A DNA stretch of 64,000 nt from Vitrella brassicaformis CCMP3155 (lineage: Eukaryota; Protista; Chromerida): contig CDMY01000338.1 of the NCBI GenBank assembly GCA_001179505.1, positions 1 to 64,000 on the forward strand. The letters are read 5' to 3'. Shown piece after piece: positions 36,007 through 47,705 of this stretch. Position numbers and translations under genes: made by a program. The notes below the pieces were generated by a model. It did not search any database. It was not told the DNA's origin and was given only the letters and a program-made list of their open reading frames with translations. The stretch's first letter is position 1, and each line of letters starts with the position of its first letter.

Positions 36007-36639
36007 TTAATAGTACTTGATGCACGTCTCTGCCGGCGCCTTGCAGCTTGGGAACTTCCCGTCTGGACACTCCTCGGTGAAGGGCCAGGTGATGGCCTCA
36101 GGCCGCTGTCCAGCCACCTGCTGGGCGGCGGCCTTCTCCCCCGCGCCTTTGCCGCTGACAGGCTTGCTGACGCCATCGCTGCAGAGGAGCTCGTACTTGT
36201 CCGGGCAAATAATGTTGATTTGGGTGACCGGCGGGGTGGCCTCGGGCACGTTGCAGCTTCCGTCCTCGAGGATCTTGTCCGTGAAGGGAGGGCAGCTGCA
36301 CAGACGCGACGCAACAGACGGCCGGGAGTGCAGAAAGTTGTTCTCTTTCTCCCCTGACTCTACCTCACTCACTCTTACTCACCAGGAAGCCACGCCGCTG
36401 ACGAGATTGCGCAGGGTCGGGAAGGGGCAGGCCACACACGCCTGCATCTGGCCACCACCCTCTCCGCCCTCACCACCAGCATAGTCCCCCCCCTCGTCCC
36501 ACTCGCCGCCCCAGTTCCGGTGCTTGCCCAGTCTGCCTTGGTTCTTCCGCCGCAGGATGAGCCCTCGATGCGACGGCTCACCGGCGGCAAACACCACGGC
36601 GGCCAAAATGAAGAGGACAGGGGGATAGAGCGTCATCAT
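36007..36639 (-). CDS. Small secreted Cys-rich protein (2 exons)
   Basis: Signal peptide MMTLYPPVLFILAAVVFAAG, Gly-rich spacer, CVACPFP..VASC|CPPF..CNVP..ICPDKYELLC..ECPDGKFPSCKAPAETCIKYY*. The phase-2 intron is consistent. Confidence 0.65.
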
Positions 36640-37152
36640 CGCTGCTGCTTCGACTCCCGGGGTGCAGAGGCCTGCACGACTCGTCAGTATTTCTGTTGCC
36701 CTACTATTTCGACCATACCCTGATCCATTGTTTCGGCACATTGACTCCTCGGTGACCTGTTGGGCATGCACTTGCCCTCCGGAGGCTGGAAATCCTCGAG
36801 CGGTCACCTGGCTGCAGAAACAGGGCAGAAATAATCCGACATCCTCCAACGGCCACTCCATTGTCGGCTGTTGGTTGGCGATGTGCCCCTTTCGCCTGCC
36901 CGTCGCCCTGTTTGTCATTTCAACAGGTGAGCAGCACCGCAAGAAACGCAGCACACAATGCCTCCCTCCACCTCTTTCTTCCGTTCTTTGCCCCTCTCCT
37001 TCTCTCTTGCTCAAATGTTGGTTGATCAGTGTGGGAGTGTGGTGCGGCTCCCGCCCCAGCCACCCTCCACTCTGCACCCAGAGCGCTGGCCAAGCGACCC
37101 GAGGGCAAACTACCACCAAAAGCTGCTAACGGCAAGCACGAATCACATGTGA

Positions 37153-37633
37153 ATGGGGAATGGTGACGTACACGCGTGTCTGTCATACCATATCAGAGAC
37201 GGTCCCGAGCTTCGAGATCAGCGCCTCGCAGATGGTCACAGGCAGCTACCTGCGTCTGCCCACCCCGATGCGAGAGCAGCTGGCTCCCCTCCTCGACGAC
37301 GGCAAGCTTACGGTTCCTGACGAGCTCGACCAAGTTGACACGGCTGTGCGCCTGGAATTCCTCAAGAACCTATGTGTTGAGAGGTGGCCTCAGCTGGTGG
37401 GGGAGGGCATCACCGCAGACGAACTCAACGAATACGGCATTTTGGAGCAGATCATTGCCCTTGCCACACAACTGCTGCCTCCCTTGATTGAACTCGGCCT
37501 GAGGCTTGTCGACTTGGAGCTCCTGCCGGCAGGCATACAACAGGCGGTGTATATGATTCTTATCGTGGCAAGGGGTATCTTCGGACGAGGGACGACAGAG
37601 GGCGATGGAGCCAAGGAAGTCGAGCACACCTGA
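37153..37633 (+). CDS. Hypothetical protein with a hydrophobic helical C-terminus; 5' end uncertain
   Basis: Microsatellite-free, protein-like ORF 37160-37633 (..EQIIALATQLLPPLIELGLRLVDLELLPAGIQQAVYMILIVARGIFG..). No family recognised. Confidence 0.5.
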
Positions 37634-39377
37634 TGGACACTCCTCATTGCCAGCCGATGGTATTTGTGTGGTTGGCTGAGAAGTTTTTGGAGCCTTTTAG
37701 TTGGAGGACAGAGGGCTGGCTGCACGGATTTCATGTGTGAGTGTGTGTGTGTGGTGTGTGCGTGTGTGTGCGTGTGTGTGCGTGTGGGCTTCTGTTTTCA
37801 CCAGCGTCTTTATTTGTTGAAGGTGCCATCCGTGTCTGTAAGACGTGATCGTGTCATCACCACACTGAAATGACTGTACACACATGTGGAACGCACTCGC
37901 GGTTTCATATACGGCATATATACGGTTGCCTAAGTACTAGTGCTTTAGTAAGTGGATTGCCGTGTGTCGAACACGTGCGTGCGACCTTGGGTGTGTTTTT
38001 TCTTACATGCCTGGATGGATGGCTGTGGCTGGCAAGTGGTGATATGACTGACCAATGCGCATCCTATCTATCCCATCACATGTGCCGGCCAAGGGTGGGT
38101 ACGTTTGTCACAGACATGAGTGTCTCAACGGTTGAAACAGCCATATGATGTGTGCGGCCGGCTAGATGTTCGCTAGTAGGTGTGGGTCCATCCATCCATC
38201 CATCCATCATGCAGAGCCAAAAAACACTCACGCGAATGGGATGGGTTGCAAAAAGAGTCGGTCGCGCGTATGTACAACACACACACACACACACACACGT
38301 ACAGACATGAACACACGTAATATATAGATGGGACATCCATACCTTCACACACACATTATTATGCACAGAAAAATGGTGTCCATGGCCGACTAACACGGGG
38401 AGCGGGACACACAGGCAGGCAGGCGCACGGCTATCGCCCAGCAGATTTCTGCTGGCTGTCGCCGCGGTGGCTGCCCATTATCAGAGGGAGAGAGAGACAG
38501 ATGATTGACACACACAAGATAGTCAGATAGTTAGATGTGCATTCATATCAGCAACCAAGCAGTGAGTGAATGACATACATAGATGGGCCGGCAAAATCAC
38601 CTCACATCATCCTTCATCAATTGAGAAAGAGGGAGAACCCAAGACGTGCAAAGACAAACACGCACCACACACCGGTAAGCAAACTTTCTAGAAGATAAAA
38701 AACAGAACATGGTGGGTGTGAGCGCGCAAGCACGGCACTGATCTGCTCTGCTCTGCTCTGCAGACAGACCCGTCTTTCTTTGCAACGATGACGAATTAGG
38801 AGGCGCACATAAGTGAGAGAGAGCGAGAGGGGCGGGTGCATCGTCAGTCCGGCTCCTCTACTGACCACGCCATACCAACAGAAATGAAAACAGATTGGTG
38901 GGTAGATAGATGCCCTCCGCGCCGAGCAGAGGTCGTGGAGCGCATGTACACCGTCAGACAGTCAGACAGACAGACACACCGACAGAGGCGAGCAAGGGAC
39001 GATCGATCGCAGCAACGACACCAGGCAGCAGCACCTATGCACGGCAATCCATCCATCCATCCACTGGCAATGAGATGAACTCATCCATGGGTGCCTCTTG
39101 GCATGCCACGCCACACAAGTCCATCCATCGCAACTATCACAACAACGCTGTCCCTTCCCCCTCCGCCCGTCCCTCACTCGGACCCAACTGACGCCTCGCG
39201 CACATTCCTACACTCAGACCCATAGTAAGCTGCCAAAAAATTCCTCCACGGCAGGCAGGCAATGAGCCGACCAAAACGATCGTCAGGTCAAAACCAACGA
39301 ATTCCACCCACCCAAGACCCTCCATCCCCTCCCCTCCCACCGCAACCCCCCCCATCCCATCTAGCCCTTTTTCTTCC

Positions 39378-41837
39378 TCACTGGACGGCCGTCACATGAT
39401 GCGTGTTATCCACAGCTGGGAGCGGCTGCTGTGCCAGTGTGTCGGGCGTGGGGCAGGTCGTGTCGCCCACATGGACGAGCGCCATGATTGTCGCGAGCAC
39501 CATGAGGGTGGAGGAGCCCACGAGGCACGCCCAGGCGAGCCCGTGTCGCCACGAGAAGGGCCGGTGCTTGCGGATGCGCAAGAAGAATAGCGATGGCAGG
39601 AAGAAGGCGATGATCAGCGAGCATGAAGCACCTGCATCACATCACAAAACAAAGAGGGAGGGACATATCAGATATATGCGCATTGGCGGCTGCCCTCTGT
39701 GTGCTGTATGCTGCCCACCAGCGATGCTCCATACGACCATTATGTTGTCCAGGAAAGTTGCAGTCACGAGCGCGCTCCCCAGCTGCAGCGTCGTCAGCAG
39801 AATGAGCCGCCCCTCGCCCTCCACAACCTCATCAGCCGAGAGCACCGTGTCGCGCCGGCCCACAGACTCATTCTCGCTGTCAGAGGGGATCTCGCCCGGC
39901 GGTGGGGCGTTGTAGAGCGACCCCACCACCACATGAGTCTGGCCCGGGTTGCTCGCATCTCCCCCCGTCCCACCATTGGTGCTGATGACACGGGAGAGGT
40001 CGGGGCCCTTGCCGTTTGACACTGCAACTGGTCCTCCTGCTGTTGGATGTGTCTGCGAGCCCCCCTCCTGGATGGTCGTGAGGGAGTTGTTGATGCTGGC
40101 CAAGACGTTGCGCGACATGTCGTCCATGTCTGACGCCTCCGACGCCACATCGGCCGACAGCAGAGAGGCGCGGCAGTCCCCCCTGTCCGTGGGCGAGCGG
40201 ATCATGTCGATGGACATGTGTTCAGGGGAGGCAACGGCCGGGGGCTGGCCGCGCGCCTGTGGCCGTGGGGGGCCTGGAGGGGGAGGGGTGAGGGAGGACC
40301 TCTTGGCCGCTACGGGTGCTGAAGCGACTGGTGTGGTGCCGTTTGTGGTGTTGGTCGTGGTGGCTTGGGAGCCGCCGTTGACGCCATTGTGCTGCTGGCG
40401 GTGCTGCTGCTGCTGGTGGTGGTGGTGGTGGTGCGCCTTGGTGGCGCCGTTGAGCGTCGCGTCTTCCTGCTCGTCCAGATGGAGATCCAGCACCTCCTCC
40501 CCAGGACTCTCCAGCTCACGCAAGTAGTAGTTGCGGTTCTTCTGGTGCTGCTGCTGCCTAGCTGGGTCGCTGCTGGTGGTGGGGGAGAGGTCGATGGCCG
40601 CCGCGCCGCTGCACGAGGGAAACATCAAGTCGAGGAGCCGGCTCAGCGCCTGCCGGCACGGCAGCACCACCAAGGGCACCGACCCCAGCACCGTCACAGC
40701 CAGGCAGATGCGCCCCACCTGACACACGCCACGCCAGACACACCACCAACACAGATATCTAGATGGCTGGGCGCGTCGCTCGCTCACTCACTGCTTACCG
40801 TGATGAGTGGGTCACCAGGTCTGAAATTAAGCAGGATGTTGGCGCACACGTGTTCCCTCGTGTACAGGTATCCGAACACACCCACCACCAGGTAGAGGAA
40901 CGTGCACGTGGCGATCGTCAGGTGCGTCACGCCCCTAATTCTCTGCCGCGTGGGGAACGCCAGCTCGCTGTGGGTGGGCAGGATGTTGTACTGGCACATC
41001 AGCGCCATGATGAACGTCGGGAAGACGTACACGAAGTCTCCCGTCGAGTCAGGCCACAGCTTGAGCCCAGCACGGCCAGGGTGCACCAGCACGGTCTCTG
41101 TGCTGCCCGCAGCCGTCCATACGACCACCGTGTGGATGTGCCCCAGCACCGGAATGGACTTCATGAGGATAGCAAATGTGAGGAACACGACGGAGATCAC
41201 CGACACAATCGACATGAACCGAAGGGCGTTCATGGTCCGCGAGTAGCAGAGTGGCGCGATGGCGCAGCACGCCGCTATCTTGACGGCCAGACGGATAAGG
41301 TTGCCGGCCATCTGCGCCCCAGGCGGCATGAGAATGGTCACCACGGGCGAGATGAGGTCGGCCACAATGATGATATAGGCCACATTGACGAGCCACAGCA
41401 TGCACACCAGCACCAGGATGGTGAACAGCCGCGCACCCAGGCCATAGCTTTTCTGCGCCACCTCCTCGTACGAGCTCGTCCCGGTACGCCGAGCACATGC
41501 CACGAGTATGTCGAGAGTGAAATCGTTGAGGAAGGCCGCAAGGATCATCGTGGTGGCGCCAACCACAAGACCGCACTTCTGCATCGACAGAGGAAGCGCC
41601 AGCACACCGCCACCGACTGCAGGGTAGCCAACCACACACAAACGAACGGGCAATGATCCAATCGTATGGCATTCGATGCTTCAGCCATGTGCTCGGGAGC
41701 TCACTGATGGTTGCGATGAGGCTCCATAGGGCCGTAGAGGCGGTCGTCTGTCTGGTCGGCGAGTCCTGGTGAGGCGAGAGCACTTCTCCATCCAGAAGTG
41801 GCGTCGGAATCGAGCCGATGGAGGTCCTTGACACCAT
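39378..41837 (-). CDS. Amino-acid transporter (Aa_trans / SLC36-38, AAAP family)
   Basis: TALWSLIATI|IGGGVLALPLSMQKCGLVVG, SSYEEVAQKSYG, FPTFIMALMCQYNILPTHSEL, YLVVGVFGYLYT..NILLNF, VLPCRQAL, IMVVWSIAG; about 11 TM segments. Confidence 0.9.
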
Positions 41838-41946
41838 CCCCTTCTCCCCTCCACCTCGGTCCTCTCTCTTTCCCTTCATTTGTCCCTTTATAAGCTCGCG
41901 ATGGCGATCCACCGCCCCTTTCCTCCCTGGCTTTCCTCCGGCTTAC

Positions 41947-43036
41947 ATGGCAAGCACAACAGCGTGTACGAGTGCTGACCGCAGGCAGCTGCTCTTCATC
42001 GGCGTCGGCGCTCTGTCGGCCAGCGCTGTCGGCCTCTCTCTCGTCCTGCTGAGGCGGCAATGGAGGCGGAGAGCAAGGCAGGCGGAGCAGGAGCCCTGCA
42101 GAGAGCGTGCCAGCTCACCGGCAGAAGAGGCGAGCGATGACGGCAACGTGGTTGCCGGTGCTTTTAGTGCTGGAGGGTGTGAGGAGGATTCTGATTTTGA
42201 CACAAGCAGGGCAGCGCCGGCCGATGGGGCAGCCAATGCACTGAACCAAATGCCGCTCGAAGTGCTGCAGGTACGCTCATTCACCTCGCACAGAGGCACT
42301 GAACAAGCCCTGGATGCGATGCATGCCTCTTCTATCCCGCCTTCTGTGTGTGGTTGTCTGCAGAGAGTTTTGCTATGCCTGGACGGCAGCGGGCTGTATG
42401 CCTTCAGCACCGCGTCACGTGCGGCCTTCCTGGACACATTCGAGTGCGCAAAGATCATCGCGGAATCCCACAGCGCCACACGCCCGGCCTCGCCCTCATC
42501 CCACATACGCTCGGCTTCACCAGCCACCCCCCAGACAACGACCACCTCTCGTCGTGTCTTCTCGCAATTCGTGATTGCGTCGGTCGCTCGCGAGTGGCTG
42601 AAGAGGATGGGCTGCGGGAGGGTGCGTGAGGCCCAGCGGCAGGGCGAGAGGATGCTCGGCTTCTTCTCCGTCTTCCACAGCGAGAAGGCGCACGGGCTGG
42701 TGTGTCTGGGGTTCGATCCCGTGAAGGCTGCTGAGGGGCTGTCTGACAAGCGGAAGGGGGCACTCGCTGCCAGACTGATAGACCTCCAGTACCCCAGGTG
42801 AGTGCGTTCATGCGTTTCCGTCTTGCGGTGACTGTTGGGGGTGATTCCTTCTCTCGCTCTCTGTCTCTGTGTGGGTGGGTGGGTGTCTGTCAGCATGGCT
42901 GCGCGCGTGGCGCGTCAGATAAGGAAGGATTACAACGAGAAGAGGGACGTCATGGACATGCTCTCGTCCAGAGGTGCGATACACACACACACACACACCC
43001 ATTCGTGTCTCGTCTACTCGGCCATCAACACATTGG

Positions 43037-43070
<34 letters not shown>

Positions 43071-43141
43071 CAGGGTTCAACCGTGAGGCAATGGAGGTGG
43101 CCGACACGGTCGACTGCCAGGCGGGGCAGACCTACTTCTGA
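41947..43141 (+). CDS. Membrane-anchored protein with an F-box-like motif
   Basis: N-terminal TM segment LLFIGVGALSASAVGLSLVLL followed by RRQWRRR; LNQMPLEVLQ|RVLLCLDGSGLYAFSTASR matches the F-box pattern. The spliced frame ends DCQAGQTYF* at 43141. Confidence 0.55.
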
Positions 43142-43206
43142 CTGACCCACTCACATGTGTAGACAGCCAGCCAGAGAGACGGACCGACAGACGAACAGAC
43201 AGACAG

Positions 43207-45050
43207 CTACACGTCGCTTGGTTTTCGTCGCGACAGAGAGATGTTCTTCTTCGCTTTGGCTCGCTCACTTTCGTGTGTATGCATAGGGAACACCGGACGG
43301 AACTGCAGGGCAATCGCCGATTTGCTTTGCGGTTTGGTCGGGTGTTTCTGTGCCGACACGCGACAGACAGAGCTGCCGACTCGGTCACAAAGTCGGGCGA
43401 GTGCGTTCAGTGTTGCCGATTCCGTGTCGTCAATGTGTCGGTACTCTTTGTGTTGGCGACGTGCGTGCCGTTGCCGACGTGAACAGCACTGACACGGAGA
43501 CAGGCACAGGACAGCAGCATGGATGCCATCGATGCGTGCAGTCAATCGGGGGGAGAGAGAGAGGCTCACTGATGGATGGATGGGTTCATTCGTGTAGAGG
43601 GTGTGGTGTGATCTCTCGTGCTGGTGCTGTGCTGTGTGTGGGTATGTGGGTATGTGTTGTACAGCCACAGATAAATCACATCTTGGCAGTCAAGTGAAGT
43701 GCTGTTCCATGACTTGTCAGTCACCGACTGACGTGACGGGATGCCTGGATGGATGGATGGATGGCTGCGTGTCGATTCTGCTCCCTCTGGCTGTGTGTAC
43801 AGACAGACAGACAGACAGCCAGATAGGGAGGTAGGGAGGGGAGTTTTGGATTTTGCAGCATGGTGACATCCTCACGAGAGACCTCAGGTCGCTGAACTGA
43901 ACGAATGGACAATAACAATGTACTCACCCATCGCAACGAAATACACACCAACGAACGACACATTGGCAACATAGCACGACGACCGCACCCTCAAACACCG
44001 TTTGCACATCAATCACATCCACGTGTGGACACATCACACCACACACGTGTGTGTCCCTCTTGTCTCACCTCACTCTTGGCTTTGTCTTTTGTGTGCCCCC
44101 CCGTTGCCTTGTGTGCGTCTGAGAAGGTATGGTAGGCCCTCGGTTTGGCGGCGGCATTGCCCTCTGCCTCCTGCGGCCCCCCACTGCTGGGCTTCTTGGG
44201 TCTGCTCTGAGCCTCAATCATCTCCCTATCCTTTATCTGACCTGCACACACACAGTTTGAGGCAGAGCAGTTCGAGACAGAAGCTTACACCAACGGATGG
44301 ACGCAGCACACACAGCAGAAAAGGCCACGTGTGTTGTGTGCACCGTACCGAGAAGGAAGCTGCGTGTGAGGTGGTGGTCTTTGGCTGAGGCGCCGTACTT
44401 GTTTCTCTCTTGTGCGAGGAAGTCCTTCAGCGGCGCACACCCGTCCCACCAATTGCCAGGCGGCTCTTCCTTGTTGTCTGCCTTCTTGCTGTAGCGGGGC
44501 ATGGCCCGCCGAATCACCCGACCCTTGGGCTTCTGCACGTGAGACACAGTGAGGTCAGTGAGACGCACACAGACGCCAGCGGCGGAGGGGGGAGGGTGTG
44601 CACTGTGTGTGTGCGTGTGCGTAGTTGTTGTCGACAGACAGACAGACGAACGGACCTTTTGTCGCACGTTGAGGTAGCAGAATAGCCAGCCATAGGTGAA
44701 GTACAGCTGCACCAATGACAGAGCCGTCACGACAGAGACAGACAGAGACCGAGACATTGGTCGGTCGACCGCAGCTGCAACTACATCCCGGTCGCCGTGA
44801 TTAGGTACCAATGCTGCGATGAGGAAAGTCGACGGCTGACACAAGAAACTCCTGAACCACACACACACACACACACATATCGAGAGACCTCACACATGCG
44901 CAACAACACAGAAGCCAGTGGTGGCAGCCCTGCCTCTCTGCGTCCATCCATCCATCCATGTGTGTGGCTCTTGTCTTGGCGCTCACAGCGTCCGATAGGT
45001 CCAAAACCACAAAGAATACAAAGCCCCATAGAGCCTCATGACATTCATAA
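43207..45050 (-). CDS. Hypothetical multi-exon protein with an N-terminal hydrophobic segment; boundaries uncertain
   Basis: Protein-like exons (LYGALYSLWFWTYRTL; LYFTYGWLFCYLNVRQK; KPKGRVIRRAMPRY..GNWWDGCAPLKDFL) separated by minus-strand GT-AG microsatellite introns. Confidence 0.4.
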
Positions 45051-45320
45051 ACAAGCAAACAAGGGGCTTCTCTCCAGCTGCTCCCCTTTGGACCACTACC
45101 CCTTCACGTCTCCCCCGGCAGATGAGGGTCGCGTCTCCTTCTGTTGCCCCTGTGGTTCGATCAGTGGAACCTGTCGAGATGGGGGAGGGGGGGCCCGGGT
45201 GCAAGGCGGAAGCGTGTTCTTTCAGCTTAATTCGTTCCACAGCCTACAGCCAATTGCCTTTTCTTTCCTTCCTTGCCCCTTGGCTCGCATCCCCCGCTAG
45301 CAGACACCGTGAAGATGAAC

Positions 45321-45407
45321 AGGGTTCAGGGTTCAGGGTTTCGTGCGCGCTTCCGCATCATAGAAATGGGTTCAGGGTTCAGTTTCGTGCGCGCTTCGGC
45401 ATCGTAG
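45321..45407. repeat. Degenerate tandem duplication (about 46 and 40 bp) carrying GGGTTCA telomere-like repeats; a third partial copy at 45489-45506
   Basis: GGGTTCAGGGTTCAGGGTTTCGTGCGCGCTTCCGCATCATAGAAAT is followed by GGGTTCAGGGTTCAGTTTCGTGCGCGCTTCGGCATCGTAG; CGGCATCATAGAAATGGG recurs at 45489. Confidence 0.85.
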
Positions 45408-45559
45408 TAGGGGGCGGGAGCTAAGCGAGAGGGGTAAAACATCCATTCGCTCGCAGATAAGTGTCGCGGCCCGGCGCAATGAGTGCGTCGGCATCATAGA
45501 AATGGGTGTCCCAGCCGATCTTCTCAGGAGAGGCGCTTTAGGACTTGCCACGTGCTGGC

Positions 45560-46420
45560 ATGGTCCTCCTATCCATTCCTTTGGCAGGATCTTCCAGTGG
45601 CCTGCCCTTCCCCTGCCCTCCAGCCTTCCTCACCCCGCCTCGGCTGCTCAGAACACACAGGCAGATGCCGCACGTCATGGGGGATAGACCTGCAGCAGCA
45701 GCTGACCCACCATCAGGGTTATTGGCAGATCTGAGGATGGATCTGGATGAGCCGCCTATTGCTCGAGCGCCCGGCCGCGCGGCGCTCGATGACGTGGAGA
45801 GGATATCCAGAGGTACACACACATGCATTCACTCACACGCATGGAACACCCATGGGTGGGCTGACAATGCGCTCTCTCACTCATAACGGATGGACATCGG
45901 TTCGTTCCTGCGTGTGCAGGTCAGGCAGCCCGGAAGAAACGGAGAGGCACCGGCAGCCGCAACGTGCCCCACAGGCTCAATCAGGAAGAGAGGAAGGTCC
46001 GCCTAGGCACACACGATATGATGGTATACAATGAGTGTAGTGTGTTTGGCTGTCTGTCTGTGGTTGCTTCCTTCATTATTCCCTGCACACCTGCCTGCAG
46101 CTGTATGACATCGCCAAGGGCCGGCGGTATCTGGTGACGTCGGGGAGCGCATACAGGAGGGAGCGGAAGGGCAGCCCTTTGGCCAACATATACCGCCAGT
46201 GGTGCGACGCTCAGGCAACACCCTGCATCAACATACAAAAGGTGGGTGGGGGGCAGACAGACAGACAGACAACCATGAAGATCGTTGCTGGCTTACGCAA
46301 TCGCACATGTATGTTTGTGTATGCTATGCTATGTGTGTGGTGTCACTGCAGGGTCTGGGTCCCGAAGGCAGCGACTTAGTTGTCGTCGATCTCTCGCCGC
46401 TCAGAAGGTTTGCATCCGTG

Positions 46421-46457
<37 letters not shown>

Positions 46458-46898
46458 TGAAGGAGAGAGGGGTCATTTATCCATCCATCGGTCGGTGTGT
46501 CTACCTGTGTGTGTGTCTATGCATTCATGCAGGCCTGCGTCACATCCGGTCATGCAGCAGCTGCTCGAGGTGAGTGGACGAGCCCACAGACGCAACGCAC
46601 ATTCACACCCGCTCACACACGCATACAGAGTCCTCTTCTTGCCTTTGTGCAGAGTCTGTGTTCCCTCCTTTCATCTCTCGGCTGCACAGTGGTCGAGTCG
46701 CCGTCGATAGCGGCAGAGCCATCTGAGTCAGTGCCGACGATAGAGGGTCTGCCCGCTTTGGATTGGGACGAGTGGGCGATATGGGAGCTGCCCGAGGTGG
46801 CTGTGAGGGCGGGAGGTAAGGACAGGGAGGGCATCAAGGCCGTCTGTCAAGCGGTGCTCGAGTGGTGGGATGGGGTTGGGTCGGTGGACAAGGGGTGA
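45560..46898 (+). CDS. Conserved-looking hypothetical protein, probably plastid-targeted; start uncertain
   Basis: Leader MVLLSIPLAGSSSG..PPAFLTPP. Spliced core KKRRGTGSRNVPHRLNQEERK|LYDIAKGRRYLVTSGSAYRRERKGSPLANIYRQWCDA..|DLVVVDLSPLR. Ends VLEWWDGVGSVDKG*. Confidence 0.65.
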
Positions 46899-47705
46899 TG
46901 TGTGTGTGGATGGTTGGATGGATGCTCTGAGACCTAAGCATTGCACGCGTTGACCCCGAGTATATGCAGCAATGTCTCAGTCATTGCATTCGAGCCTTCT
47001 TTCTTCCTTCGCACACATGACATCATGGTGTCCATAAAAATCGTCGACACACACATCAACAGAAAGGAGGACAGAGACCATACATACCCCCCTCTCTGTG
47101 TGAAGCAAAGCCTCCCAAAGAAATGAGAAAGACAAGAGAACAGAACGAAACGTCTTTCAAAGCGGCCCCGTTGGGCTTGAAATGACTACCTCAGACAATG
47201 TCTGTCATCCCATGTGCGTACCCTACAGCGAGCGCTACACCTACGTCGACTCTCTCTCTCTCTCTCTCTCATTGAAAGACCCCTCTGCCTTGAAAGCGCC
47301 ATGAGTCTAGTCTGCTGCCTTAGACCTATGGCCTTGCTGCTTACACATAGATAATACACAACATACTCAGGTAAGCACACACATACTAACTGCCAGAGAG
47401 ACCCGCACCCATCGAGTGCCGGTGACCGTGCAGTCTCATCTCATTCAGTCGCCACCATCCCCGCCACCACCATCCCCTCCGCAACCACCATCCCCTCCGC
47501 CACCATCCCCTCCGCCACCATCAGAATCGCCCCTGAACCATAGAATATATATATCACAAACCGACGAATGCGTGGAGTAGTGATAAATGCAGAGAGGCAC
47601 GGGGCGTTCGCGTGCCTACCTTCCTGCCGCACTGTGCCTGTCTGCCTACCATCCGCCGCTGGAGCCGCCCCCGCCACTGACCGAGCCGCCTCCAAAGCCG
47701 CCTGA

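Noticed and set aside
37700-39300. Short ORFs rich in C/V/H/T here and throughout the window
   Set aside because: Translations of (CA)n/(TG)n/(GACA)n microsatellites in introns, UTRs and intergenic DNA; not coding.
45321-45506. Repeat-spacer-like pattern as a CRISPR array
   Set aside because: Only two and a half degenerate units, no unique spacers of regular length, no cas genes, eukaryotic context.
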